Source of the DNA: an uncultured Acidobacteriaceae bacterium
Lineage (GTDB): Bacteria > Acidobacteriota > Terriglobia > Terriglobales > Acidobacteriaceae
DNA length: 64,000 nucleotides
Direction of reading: 5' to 3'
Assembly: GCA_963733795.1 (NCBI GenBank)
Contig: CAVTED010000003.1
Coordinates: 155,149-219,148, forward strand
In this document: piece after piece, positions 20,921 to 31,398 of the stretch
Numbering within the stretch: the stretch's first letter is position 1
Layout: every line of letters starts with the position of its first letter
The notes under the pieces: generated by a model
What the model saw: only the letters and a program-made list of their open reading frames with translations
Database searches by the model: none
What the model was told of the DNA's origin: nothing
Translations under genes and position numbers: made by a program

Positions 20921-22195
20921 GTGACTCTGCCCCAATTCAGAGGAGACTTCCTTAAGCTGAATCCGCGCCTGGCGCAGTGGAGCGACCAGCTTGAGCAAAG
21001 ACTGCAGAGCCTCGAACAGCAGGTGGGCGGCGTGCCTGCCGGGTTCGTCGACGATCCCTCGCAAGTCAACCAGGGCGTAGTACCTCCGCCTGCAGCAAGT
21101 TTTTCGGTGACTGGCATCGACGGCAAATTCATTGTGCTGGTGTCGAACCCCGAAACGGTAATCCCCCAAAGCGTCCTGCAATCAAGGCTGCGCTTCCAGG
21201 CAGGAACAAACCTGCGCGGGACAGCGATTCTGCACAACCTGCAATCGGCGACAGATTTGAACTTCAATCAGTCGTCGAATTTGAAAGACTACGGAACGTC
21301 CTCGCAGTTGCTGTGGACCGACCAGGACCCGAACGTCACCCGCTTTTTCCGGCTGCGATCTTCCTTCGATGGCGTGACCTGGAACGCCTGGCAGATTTTT
21401 TCGAGCACCATCACTTGCGGCCCGGAGGGAGTGTGGTCGGGCATCCTTCGGTCGGCGGCGCTCACGCAAGTGAACGCTTCGGCAACGCCCACCACCAAGC
21501 CTCTGACGGCGGCAACCGGAGTGGCGCCGAACAACGCCACCATCAGCATCGCCGCGTTTCAGGTGCAGTATCCGAATTCCGTCTCACCCGCGACGAACGG
21601 ACTGGTTTCCTACAACAGCGGAGCGGTGACAGGTTTGCTGGATTCGACGATGTACTTCGTCTACTGCCTCGATCCGAAATACGCCGGAGGGGCGCAGACG
21701 TATCTGGCGACAACCGACCAGACGTTGATCACCTCGCAAGACTATCTGGTGTACCTAGGAAACATCACGACGCCGGCGCACGGCGGAGGGGGAACCAGCG
21801 GTGGCGGCGGAGGGACTGGCCCTCCGGGCGGAAATTGTTTCACCGGAAATACTCTGGTCATTACCCGCGACGGACTGAAGCCCATTGCGGCCGTGATTGC
21901 GAAACAGGATCGGGTGCTCACGCAAAGAGGCTGGAGAACGGTTCGCACTCTGCGCGAACACTGCGACTTCTCCGGGCCAATGTGCGATATGGGCCACGAC
22001 GAGCTGGTCACCTTCCCGCACCGCTTCTGGTGGCGGCTAGGGTGGGTGCGGGCAGATCTTCTTTTCCTGGAACTTCCTCGACGGCACTTCAAGGGTTCCG
22101 TATTCAACCTCGAAGTCGAGGGTGACGGCTCCGACGAAGAACAGTGCTACGTACTGGCCAACGGCTGGATCCCGCACAACTTTCAGAAAATCTAA
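20921..22195 (+). CDS. tail-fibre-like protein with C-terminal Hint (intein-like) domain
   Basis: Intact 424-aa ORF. It has an N-terminal coiled-coil segment, a Gly-rich linker (HGGGGTSGGGGGTGPPGGN), then CFTGNTLVITRDG... and ends ...YVLANGWIPHN-FQKI. Confidence 0.65.
   Translation: MTLPQFRGDFLKLNPRLAQWSDQLEQRLQSLEQQVGGVPAGFVDDPSQVNQGVVPPPAASFSVTGIDGKFIVLVSNPETVIPQSVLQSRLRFQAGTNLRGTAILHNLQSATDLNFNQSSNLKDYGTSSQLLWTDQDPNVTRFFRLRSSFDGVTWNAWQIFSSTITCGPEGVWSGILRSAALTQVNASATPTTKPLTAATGVAPNNATISIAAFQVQYPNSVSPATNGLVSYNSGAVTGLLDSTMYFVYCLDPKYAGGAQTYLATTDQTLITSQDYLVYLGNITTPAHGGGGTSGGGGGTGPPGGNCFTGNTLVITRDGLKPIAAVIAKQDRVLTQRGWRTVRTLREHCDFSGPMCDMGHDELVTFPHRFWWRLGWVRADLLFLELPRRHFKGSVFNLEVEGDGSDEEQCYVLANGWIPHNFQKI
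21836..22180 (+). other. Hint / bacterial-intein-like domain (Cys306 to His419-Asn420)
   Basis: The N-terminal block is C-F-x-G-x-T-x-V and the C-terminal block ends in HN. There is no endonuclease insert, and the +1 residue is Phe. Confidence 0.6.
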
Positions 22196-22196
22196 G

Positions 22197-22451
22197 ATGG
22201 CGCATTCCGCTTCCATTGTTCGCGTGCACGAACCTGCGGACGGGATTCTCGCGGTAACTGTCCGGTGCTGCGGAGATCCCAAGACAGACTCCGTTCTGAG
22301 CATCCATGCTCTGCACCGGGAAGATGCGGAAATCCTAAAAGACATTCAGGCGCACAAGGCTCGGGTAGAGCACTTGCATGCTCACAAAGCGCGCGCGAAA
22401 GAGTTGATGAGTACGATCGGCGCGAGCGTCGAGGACTGCGGATGCCCGTAA
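22197..22451 (+). CDS. hypothetical phage protein
   Basis: The ATG at 22197 lies 2 nt after the fibre stop, in frame with track ORF 22122..22451 (84 aa). Confidence 0.45.
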   Translation: MAHSASIVRVHEPADGILAVTVRCCGDPKTDSVLSIHALHREDAEILKDIQAHKARVEHLHAHKARAKELMSTIGASVEDCGCP

Positions 22452-22903
22452 CCTGGCGCGACGCCACGCACGCCGACCTGCCGCGAATTCACGAACTGTG
22501 GGATGAACAGGAGTCGCGCTTTGACGGCACTGGCATTCCTGTTGACCGGCCTCAACTGCTGTATCCAGTGGAAGAGAAGGGTCATTTCTTTTATCCGTAC
22601 TTTCCTCCAGTCGTGAGGGTGCGAGTGGCAGAGCGCGAAGGCGTCATCGTGATGTGGAAGTATCAAGAGCTAGTTCCCGAAACCTGCATCGTCGGCAGCG
22701 ACAAAGAAGCAATGGAGTCCATCGGGAATGAACTCACGGCCGACGCGCACTGGGCGAAGTCGAAGGGCTTTCGTTCGGGATGGGGCCTGATCCCCGCCAA
22801 ATTTATCAGCGTCTTTGCACGCTTTCTACGCAATCACAAGCACATCCGTCCGTGGAAATCCCTCACTCCGGTCGGCATCAATTTTAAGGAACTCGGGGAC
22901 TAA
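22442..22903 (+). CDS. hypothetical phage protein
   Basis: The ATG at 22442 overlaps the previous gene, in frame with 22265..22903 (153 aa). Confidence 0.45.
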   Translation: MPVTWRDATHADLPRIHELWDEQESRFDGTGIPVDRPQLLYPVEEKGHFFYPYFPPVVRVRVAEREGVIVMWKYQELVPETCIVGSDKEAMESIGNELTADAHWAKSKGFRSGWGLIPAKFISVFARFLRNHKHIRPWKSLTPVGINFKELGD

Positions 22904-22907
22904 TCCC

Positions 22908-23498
22908 ATGGGCCGCAGTCAATCCGCACAGATTTCCCAGCAGAGCGAGCAGAACGCCCAGCAGAATCAGGGCAACGCGCAAGCCGCGCTGGGCTCGACC
23001 AATGCCGCGCTCACGAAATATTCCTCCGATGTCCAGAACTTCATGAAGTTTGGCCGCCAGACCTACGGGGCGAACGGCACCTACATGAAGGATCAGAACG
23101 CCATCGCCACCACGGGAGCTGCGGCGGGCTCGAACGCGATCAAAGGCAACTTGGCGCTGCATTCCCTTGCGACAGGTGAAAATACCGGGGGCTACGCCGG
23201 CAGCGTGGCGGAATCGCAGCGGCAGGCGCAGAGAGACCTGACCGGCACGATGGCCAACGCCGACGCCACCCGCTTACAGAATCTCACCGCGATCAACCAG
23301 CAAGGCGTGCAGGATTCCGCGTTACCGGCGCAGGTGCAGGCGAGTCTGTACGGAACTTCGCTGGGTGGATCGAATTCGGCCATGGGAACGGCGGAAAGCG
23401 CGTCGGCCGCTTCGCCGGGATTCTTTGATGTATTCGGGCAGGATTTGGCCAGTGGCGCGGGCGCGGCGCTCGGAGCCTACGCGGCGAAGAAGGCGTAA
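22908..23498 (+). CDS. Gln/Ala/Gly-rich internal-virion-like protein
   Basis: The ATG at 22908 is in frame with 22815..23498 (196 aa). The call rests on low-complexity composition and position after the fibre. Confidence 0.45.
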   Translation: MGRSQSAQISQQSEQNAQQNQGNAQAALGSTNAALTKYSSDVQNFMKFGRQTYGANGTYMKDQNAIATTGAAAGSNAIKGNLALHSLATGENTGGYAGSVAESQRQAQRDLTGTMANADATRLQNLTAINQQGVQDSALPAQVQASLYGTSLGGSNSAMGTAESASAASPGFFDVFGQDLASGAGAALGAYAAKKA

Positions 23499-23502
23499 AT
23501 AA

Positions 23503-24660
23503 ATGGCAGACGAAGAACTCGACGGACTTACCGGCGCAGGATCGGTCGGATCGGAAGAAGAAGATCCGCTTGAACGCCTGAGTATCGGCCAGCGCATTGC
23601 GGGCGTGAAAGACCCTGCCGCGGCTCCGCCGTCCGACCCGGCTCCGCCGATGCCCAAGGTTGCATTAGATCCCAACAGCATTCCAGAGAGCATTCGTCCG
23701 CGCCCCATGGCTCCGCAGCAAATTCCGCAACCGCCATCCCCAAGTCAGAATTCCGCACTCGTTCCCCTCATCCAGCAGCAGGCCCAACTTTCGAAGCCGA
23801 TCAATCCCATGGACGAGACCACGGGAAAGATCAAGCCGCAGTACCGCATGGGGATAGGACAAAGGACTCTCGGCACTGCCGCCAACTTCCTGCAGGGATT
23901 TGGGCGCAAGCCGTTTACTCCAGTTCCGGTCGGCCCTGGCGCTACCAATTGGAGATTTGGGCGGGAAGAAGCGCAGCGCGAAAAACAACTGGAGGGAGTG
24001 AACCAGCAGATCGGCACGCAGGAAAAACTCAACGACGAAAACGAGAAGCTCTACCGCGACGCCACGCGGCAAGCCTATGAAGGCCAACTAGGCGAAGCCC
24101 GGAAGCAGACTGCTGAGGCCCAAGAATCGAAGGCCGACACTGCCAGTAAGGTTGCAGATGTCAAGGCACTGGCGACAAAGAATCAATTCGAAGAAGCTAA
24201 GGCGAAACTCGAAGAAACGGCTCGTCGCAACGACCAGCTTATGAAGATAGGCCAGGGCAACCTGGAATTAAAGCAGCAACTCGGCCAAATGGCGCTCGAT
24301 CTCAGACAGCAGCAACTTGAGAACGAAAAGCAGAAATTTACCTCCGGACTGGATGCGAAGTCTCTTGAGGCTGAGCGCAAAGGGCGCCTCGATGCCATCG
24401 AAAAGCGATATCACGATCATCCCTACAAGACGATGTTCGACGATAAAGATGCGGAAATCAAAACTGTAAATGAGGATATCGATAGACGCCTGCAGCAAGT
24501 TGGCGTAGGCGCAGCCAAGCCGGGAACAGCGCCGACGAAAACTCCAGCTCCGCAAACCCACGCGTGGTCCCGCAGTGCATGGCAGAAGGCCAACCCCAAA
24601 GGCGATGTAAAGGCGGCAGAAAAGCAGGCTCGCGCTCAAGGCTTCGAGGTCGGCAACTAG
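23503..24660 (+). CDS. coiled-coil internal-virion-like protein
   Basis: Intact 385-aa ORF with a long charged heptad-like region (aa about 160-330). Confidence 0.5.
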   Translation: MADEELDGLTGAGSVGSEEEDPLERLSIGQRIAGVKDPAAAPPSDPAPPMPKVALDPNSIPESIRPRPMAPQQIPQPPSPSQNSALVPLIQQQAQLSKPINPMDETTGKIKPQYRMGIGQRTLGTAANFLQGFGRKPFTPVPVGPGATNWRFGREEAQREKQLEGVNQQIGTQEKLNDENEKLYRDATRQAYEGQLGEARKQTAEAQESKADTASKVADVKALATKNQFEEAKAKLEETARRNDQLMKIGQGNLELKQQLGQMALDLRQQQLENEKQKFTSGLDAKSLEAERKGRLDAIEKRYHDHPYKTMFDDKDAEIKTVNEDIDRRLQQVGVGAAKPGTAPTKTPAPQTHAWSRSAWQKANPKGDVKAAEKQARAQGFEVGN

Positions 24661-24672
24661 CGATTCGTTCGT

Positions 24673-27600
24673 ATGGATACCGACAGCAACGATTCAAGTA
24701 TCGGCCTCGGCGGTCTCACTCCGGGCGCGGCTCCGGCAACTGCCTCCAACCTTAGCCGCGCCGAGATCGCCGATTACCTTAACCGTGCGAATTGGGATCC
24801 AGCAAAAGCAGAGGCGCTGGCCACACATGAACGCCTGTCGAACCTTGGCGTCCATCCTGCCGTAGCCGCACGAGTCGCAGTCGCAGCCGCCCAACCAACG
24901 CTGCCTGCGGTATCCGATGCCTCGCAAGTAAGTCCTAACCAATCTCCATCTCCCGCAGCGCCCACTCCACAACCACGCTCCCCCCAGTCCCTCGCTGCTC
25001 CGGCCCAGCCCGCACCGCAAGCCAATGCGCCGACAGTAAGGCCAGCAATCGCGCCAGTCCGACGGCCCACGCCAGCACCACGGCCATCGTCTGCCCCGAT
25101 CGATCTCTCGGCGGGATTTGTGCCGAAGGCCAGCGCTCCGAAAGCGGCAGCGAAACCAGGCGAGATCGATTTGTCGGCAGGATTTGTTCCGAAAGACGCG
25201 GCGACACCAAGCGAACCGGCGCAGCCAGGACTTCTTGAGCGGACATACGAAACCTCCGGAATCAAAGGTCTGGTCGATGCCGCCGAAGCTAAGACCGACG
25301 CCGACCACCAAGTCGCGAACGAGATTCGCGATCACATCAAGGCTGGACGATGGGGCGACGCCACCAAGACACTTCTCAAACAGATCGGCGGGGCCGCGCT
25401 GGAAGGAGCAAAAGGTCCAGGCGGCGACTTTTTGGAAAGCGTTGGGAAAAGCACATACCAGCATGGAAAACAGGCCGTTGACGCGGTGCGGCGCGGCGAT
25501 ACCAAAGAGGCGATCGCGCAGGGAGCCGAGGCGGTTCCAGTGGTAGGCCAAGTAGGGGCTCAAATAGCCAAACCACTCGCGCAGGACATTGCCGATAAAA
25601 ACTGGTCAGGAGTCGCGGGAGATGTGCGCAGGAGGATTCCGGCAATCTTGAGCACGGCCAAGATGGCAGGAGAAGGACTTAAGTCTCCCAGTGAAGCTGC
25701 TGAAACCGCCATTCCGAAAGACCCCGTTGTGGCTGGAACCGAACTTCCTCGCACTGTAGGTCAAGCCGCATCCGAAGCCAATCCGGCGGGGCTTGGGGCG
25801 GACGTAAAGGGCATCGAAGATGTAGCGCGTCGCATCCCTGGCAGCGGCAGATTGCGCGAGATCAGCACAAAACAACAAGCAGGAGCGCGTCAGATTTTGA
25901 CCGACAAAGCGCGCACAGCCGTCCCAGGAGAGGCTGTCGAAGCCTCGAACGCCCCGGAATCTATAGAGCAGAATGCAGCCAATGCCGCCGAATCAGCTCG
26001 GCAGGCTGGCTCTGCGAAGTACCAGGAACTCGCCAAAGCCGCCGCAGATGCGGAGTTTGATAAGCCGGTAGAAGCGGCACACTCAATTCTCCAAGACGAA
26101 AACATTTCAAAAGTACTACCCAAGAGCGCGCGGGATGCTCTGAACAAAGTCGCATCCGGATTGACTGGTCGCGAAGAGATTTCACAACAGATATATGGGA
26201 GACCATTCGCCGATCTTGATGCAGCAAAGCAAGTAGAGGTAGGTAAGGCGATGACGACCGGTCCCCGTCCGGCTGACCCGTTCGCAGACATCATAAAAGC
26301 ACGGTCAGAGATTGGGGATGCTGCCAATGGGATGAAAGACGCAGCAGATCGCTTCCAGGCACACAAGGCACTTGACCAGTTCGACCAGGCAATAAGCGAT
26401 GCCCTGAATGAGCACGACATCAAAGCCGGGACGAATTTGTCCCAGACACTCTCCCAAGCAAAACAGCTCTGGTCTCAAAAATATGCTTTCGAACAATTCC
26501 GCGACGGACTGCAGGACATTATGCGCGAGCAGCCGCATACAGGAAACCGCCAAATCAACGGAGCCGCTTTCCAGAAGCTGATCAATGATCTCGACCCGCG
26601 GGCCGCGAAAGGGAAGACACCGCTACAGCGGATGTTCCCTGACGATCCGCAATCCGTGAAAGACCTCCACGACCTCGGGGACTTCATCGGGGAAGAATCA
26701 AGCGCAGGCGGGCGGGATGGCGAGCAGCATGGCGAAACTGCGAATTCTAGGATTGAAGGAAAGCGCGCTAGCGCTCATCGCCAACAACTTAGGGTTTTCT
26801 TATCTACTGTCAAAGCCAGGGCTGGCACGCGCGCTCCTAAGCGCACTGACGGCAGGGAAAAATGTTGTCAAAGCGAGTGCGGCGATCGGGGCGATCAATC
26901 ATGCTGCGGGAGACTTTCCGCGTGGGCGATCTAGCAAGTCATCGAAGGCCGACTTATTGCCAAACAGCCAGGAGAGCGCGGCCCAAGCCCAAGCGAACAC
27001 CAACACAATCCCGACAATTAGTCGACCGACAACCACTACGGCAACCACAGCGACCACAAAAAACAGCACCACACCGGCGGCGAATTTGAAGCCGAATTCC
27101 ACGGCCCAAGACTCTATCCCATCCGCTGCGTCTTCGCAAGCGGATCAAACTCCCAAGGGTTTTCAACGCCCCGAGATGCAGCAGCACAAGATGGCAGGAA
27201 TGCGGGCAGCAGCCGCGTCATCCAATACCCCTGACCACCTAAAAGAGCATCTTGCCAAACTGACATTCCCTCAAAAGGGAGATCAAGTCACGATGGCCAA
27301 CGGGCGTTCGGGCAAGGTTGAATTCGCCGATGCGAAACTTCGAGTGGTCCGCGTGCGCACGCCAGACGGCAAAGTCTATCGTCTCACTAAAAATAATGAG
27401 ATCGAAAAGCTCCAGGCGGAGCCGAAATACAAACACGGTTCTACCCAGGCCGCGATCCCGAAGGGTTCTCATGCCAGCTTTGGACTGGATCTCGCTCGCA
27501 GACGGATCGACTATCGCGATGTGGCTGGCGACGGAAAAGAGGTGGGCGGGGACCATGTGACTGTTAAATACGGAATCAAAGGCGACGATGTCGAGGGCAT

Positions 27601-27944
27601 CAAGAAATACCTGGCATCACTCGCTCCCTTCGACGCCACTTTGGGTAAAACAGAAAAGTTCCCGCCGACGGAACACTCCGACGGCGCTGCGGTGATCCAC
27701 GCGCCAGTGATATCTCCGGAACTGGAACGGATCAATCGCGAGATCGAAAAGCACGGAGAATTCGCACCCTCAAACTTCCCTGACTATCGTCCTCACGCAA
27801 CCGTGGCGTATGTGAAGCCAGAAAAAGCGGACAAGTACGTCGGCATGAAAGTGACCGACGAAGAAGTTCCGCGTGAGCGAGATCGCCATCACGGACAAAA
27901 ACGGCAAACAGCAAGTGGTGAAGTTAGGGGGGGCAACTGGATGA
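24673..27944 (+). pseudogene. giant internal-virion/ejection-like protein (about 1090 aa) with C-terminal 2H phosphoesterase domain; frame breaks near 26700 and 27865
   Basis: ORF 24673..26934 continues in the 26717 frame after a Thr-rich linker. The last about 25 codons (KKFRVSEIAITDKNGKQQVVKLGGATG*) are in a third frame. The 2H part may instead be a separate gene starting near 27180. Confidence 0.45.
27422..27944 (+). other. 2H phosphoesterase (LigT/cyclic-phosphodiesterase-like) domain
   Basis: Two H-x-T-x motifs lie 80 aa apart: GDHVTVKYG (His codon at 27554) and RPHATVAYV (His codon at 27794). Confidence 0.6.
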
Positions 27945-28222
27945 CGGTCAAGCAGCGCAAACTGGGCGCCCAGTACCGCAAGCTAAGGAAAAAGCGCCAG
28001 CAGTTGGCGACCAGAATCAAGTGCCTGGAATGTCTCGAACTGAAGAAGCTGGCAAAGCGTTATAAGGTGCGGCGTCGCTATTTTGCCGTAGCTTCCCATG
28101 GCAATGTCATGGGACAATGCGCCCATGACGAGTCAGACCCGAACCTTCATCGAATTCGGCGATTTGATTGCGCTGCATTTGGAGTGCAAGAAGTGCGGCT
28201 CCTCGCTCCTTGTGAGTGTTAG
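27941..28222 (+). CDS. small basic hypothetical protein (3' part doubtful)
   Basis: The ATG overlaps the stop of the 2H frame (gATGa): MTVKQRKLGAQYRKLRKKRQQL... The last about 40 codons overlap the better-looking ORF 28098..28439. Confidence 0.3.
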   Translation: MTVKQRKLGAQYRKLRKKRQQLATRIKCLECLELKKLAKRYKVRRRYFAVASHGNVMGQCAHDESDPNLHRIRRFDCAAFGVQEVRLLAPCEC

Positions 28223-28439
28223 CACCGAGGATGGCCCACTGAGCGCCTTAGTAGATAAATACAACGGTGCCCTGATCAAGTGTCCTACCTGCAGCACGGA
28301 GTGGATACCGTTCAATCAATCGACGGGCGCTCATACCACCGAAATTAAAGACTTCCTGCGCAAGATGGCTTTTCTCCGAAAGATCGAAGGAAACTTTGGC
28401 TGCAAAGTTTCCTTCGAGATCAAGACTCCTGAACCATGA
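28098..28439 (+). CDS. zinc-ribbon hypothetical protein
   Basis: 113-aa ORF with CKKC ... CPTC pairs. Confidence 0.5.
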   Translation: MAMSWDNAPMTSQTRTFIEFGDLIALHLECKKCGSSLLVSVSTEDGPLSALVDKYNGALIKCPTCSTEWIPFNQSTGAHTTEIKDFLRKMAFLRKIEGNFGCKVSFEIKTPEP

Positions 28440-28494
28440 AGCGGAGGCTTGCCGGTGATAAAACTGGCCAAACCCAAGGAGTAGAATCCCAATC

Positions 28495-28770
28495 ATGAAC
28501 GCATCAAAGACGCCTCGGGGCTACATTTTCTGCTGTGTGTGCGACCAGTGGATGCTTCACTGCCAACTTATTCCACAGACCCTGGTGATGGCTTGTCGAT
28601 GTGGAGCCCAAAATGTATTTGTAAATTCCATTCAGCCTGTTGGAATTGTTGCGCCTGCGCCCCAAAAACCGCGCCCTTCCATTCGCACTCGGGACACTTC
28701 AGATCAATCTTGCGCCCCGCAAAATCTCCCTGCTTCAGTTTCTGCGCAGAGTGAAACGTCTGGCAGATAG
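28495..28770 (+). CDS. small Cys-rich hypothetical protein (3' part doubtful)
   Basis: AAGGAG lies 13 nt upstream of the ATG. The N-terminal 45 aa contain CCVC..CRC. The ORF overlaps the convergent ORF 28568..28822. Confidence 0.3.
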   Translation: MNASKTPRGYIFCCVCDQWMLHCQLIPQTLVMACRCGAQNVFVNSIQPVGIVAPAPQKPRPSIRTRDTSDQSCAPQNLPASVSAQSETSGR

Positions 28771-28822
28771 GCCAGTTGCAGCGTCCGCATGGAAACACGA
28801 GAGTTTGGTTGTACCCGCTCAT
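28568..28822 (-). CDS. small zinc-ribbon hypothetical protein (3' part doubtful)
   Basis: AAAGGAG lies 8 nt upstream of the ATG. It contains CGRC ... CPEC pairs. This is the first gene of the antisense block. Confidence 0.4.
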   Translation of the reverse strand: MSGYNQTLVFPCGRCNWPICQTFHSAQKLKQGDFAGRKIDLKCPECEWKGAVFGAQAQQFQQAEWNLQIHFGLHIDKPSPGSVE

Positions 28823-28876
28823 GGCGGCTACTCCTTTTAGGGCAGCACGCGAATTATATAGCCAGGCGACTGCTTC

Positions 28877-29368
28877 CTATGCGGATACATTTTGCCTACT
28901 TTCGACAAGGCGCTCGCCGCCGAACTTGATTGCTATCGCCACGCAAAACTCTACGAACTCATCGTGAGTCAGTGCGTTTTTCACAAAATTGATCTGCATG
29001 TCTACCCATTGCAGGTTAGGTAAATCATTGTTACCTCCGCGCGAGGTTGGTATTTTGTGATCCAAGCTCGCATTGACACCCGGCATCAAACGCTTTCCGG
29101 TGTAGACGCAAAGCCCACCTTGCTGCTCGAACAGCTCACGTATAGCAGCTCCGTTTTTCAGTGAGCCAGTTCGATCTTTGGCGATACACCGAAACCAGCA
29201 ATCAGTACAGATTTTACTATTCTGGCGGACGGATGGTGCGTCTACTCCGCAGCGCATGCACACACCAGCATCTCTTCTCGTGTCCAGCGTGAGCCTCGTG
29301 TAGAAGCGTTTTCGTTCCGCCACTGATAGGTGAGCGATCTCGGGATATTTACGTCGTTTGTCAGGCAT
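28877..29368 (-). CDS. HNH endonuclease
   Basis: LDHKIPTSRGGNNDLPNLQWVDMQINFVKN is the HNH signature, with upstream C..C pairs. The start is taken at the ATG at 29368 inside track ORF 28877..29476. Confidence 0.75.
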   Translation of the reverse strand: MPDKRRKYPEIAHLSVAERKRFYTRLTLDTRRDAGVCMRCGVDAPSVRQNSKICTDCWFRCIAKDRTGSLKNGAAIRELFEQQGGLCVYTGKRLMPGVNASLDHKIPTSRGGNNDLPNLQWVDMQINFVKNALTHDEFVEFCVAIAIKFGGERLVESRQNVSA

Positions 29369-29472
29369 AAAGTTGCGTCGTCGCCATTTCGGGGGAGGTG
29401 GTGACGGTGCTCTGCAGAGGGAGTCGGAGTCGGCGCAACACCGGCGGCTCCGACCCTCTGCCAGAATTGGGA

Positions 29473-30531
29473 TCACGCTCTCCGCAAGTGCCGAACCGCG
29501 CGGCGACAGATTCGCGGCACTGCGACAGAACTTAAATCAACTTCAGGTTGTGGTGGCACGATCGGCTGCCGCTCCAGAACGTTAACGGCCTCTTGCTTTG
29601 CCCGTATCCGGATATGGGAGTAGCGCTCCAGCATCTGCCGGGAGACATGCCCAGCCAGTTCAATGACGGTGCGTTCGCTGACGGATTCGTTCTCCAGCAA
29701 CTTGGTAATCGCGTGGTGTCTCAAATCGTAAATTCGCAGCGTCGGCAATTCTGCCTTGATGCGCAGCTTGTCCCAACTTCCTCGCGAACTCGATATCGGT
29801 CTGCTCGGGTCAAAGCCCTTGGCCCCGTTGCGTGCGCGGTGGGGGAGGAAGTAGTCCTCGGGCCGGGTCGCTCCCAGTTCGTGGGCCCGCTTCACCAGTT
29901 GTTGCACTGCCCACGCCGCTACTTGAGACTTTCAAGGGGATTGTTCAGTTGTCGATATTCGTTCTTCACTCCCTCCTCAATGTGAATGGCGGGCGGCAAA
30001 GTATTGAGATCGATGTTCCGGAGTCGCAGGTGGCGGATTTCGCTGGGTCCGGCCGTGGTGTTGGCGGTGATCAGGGCGCAGCAGTAGGCAATTTTCCAAG
30101 CGGGGATTGGAACTGGCGATACGAAACAAGCGACGCTCTTCCTCTGGGCTCAGGGCTCGTCCCGCTTTGGGGCGTGGCAATTTCAGAGGGTCATAATGAT
30201 CCTTAATCGAAGCCCACAGCCCAACCCGATCAAGAATCTGCGAGAGCGTATTCAATTCGTGGTTGATCAAACTCGGTCCGGCTCGTCTCATCCCTGCGGT
30301 TCCAGCCCTTCTATGCTTCTGATACTCCTCGAAGTGGGTGGCGCGAATGTCGCTCAGCCGGACAAGACGAAAGACTGGCATCAGGGCTCGGATGCAATTC
30401 CGATAGTGCCGCAACGTCCCGGTTCCTATGTGGCGCTGATGGATACTGAGCCAGAGCGGGGCTGCCTCCGAGAACGTCATCGTTCTGGTTGGTTCACAAA
30501 CCGCCTGGATAGGAACAAACGAAGACGTCAT
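29473..30531 (-). pseudogene. int: tyrosine integrase, paralogue of 40218..41191, at least 3 frame breaks
   Basis: The N-terminal ORF is 29977..30531, the middle frame reads IAYCCALITANTTAGPSEIRHLRLRNIDL..GVKNEY, and the C-terminal ORF is 29473..29907 with YDLRHHAITKL...LAGHVSRQMLERYSH (HxxR, H, Y). Confidence 0.85.
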
Positions 30532-30552
30532 GTCGGTCTCCTCGCGAACAAT

Positions 30553-30756
30553 TCACAACATCTTCAGATACTTAAGAATCGAGTTGGTATTTTGTTCGAA
30601 CCAACCAAGGCGCATATTGCACGAAGCGCAGAGCAATCCGCGAAAGCAGAAGCCACAACTACGCCTACTGCTTGCGCAGCACGTATGATCGTGATCAACC
30701 GTAAGGATTCTTGCTCGATCGCAAATCGCACAGCGCCGCCTCTGGCGAAGGAACAC
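30553..30756 (-). CDS. recombination endonuclease VII family protein (N-terminus uncertain)
   Basis: CAICDRARILTVDHDH...FRGLLCASCNMRLGWFE matches the Endo VII pattern (CxxC..VDHDH..RGLLC..CN..LG). Confidence 0.7.
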   Translation of the reverse strand: MFLRQRRRCAICDRARILTVDHDHTCCASSRRSCGFCFRGLLCASCNMRLGWFEQNTNSILKYLKML

Positions 30757-31398
30757 TTGGTTATACTGCTCCTTGCTGATGTGGTGGCCGCGAGTGCACT
30801 GGGGAACCCGTGCGCAATAAGCGCGATTGTTTGCCTATGCCGTTCAGGTTGCGTTTCCCATCTTCGGAGGTTCACGCGCTGACGGGTGGCGTTGGCGAGT
30901 GGCCGGAGCCCGATATTGCTGCTGCCATATCATTCCGACAGGGTTGGCAGCGCTTGCCTTTATGCGTGGCGCTCCCGCATTTTTGGCATTGGGTCTCCTC
31001 AGCAGGAGCATTCACTCCTGGACCGGACGGAACGTCTCGCCCGGTTTCGACCTGGCGCTAGAACGGCAGATCGGGCGACTCGGGAATCGCCGCGATCATA
31101 TTCCTGGATGGCCTCGGTGACCTGGATGAGAATCTCCTCCTTCGAGTCCAGATGGTGGAGGGGTACTCTCGTAGATGTGCAGGATGCGAAGTCCGCGTTC
31201 CAGCTTTTCGAGCGAGAGCGCGTCGGCCGCTTCCTTCGACTTCACGCCGAAGATCAGATCGAGACTGCGAGCCGGACCTGTAAATCTTCCTTACCCCGGC
31301 CGCCGAAGAACGAGATCGAGACAGGCCTTGATCTCGGCGGCGACATGCGTCCTTGCGCTGGCGTGCCTGATAGTACTCGCCATTGCCGTTATCGTCGA

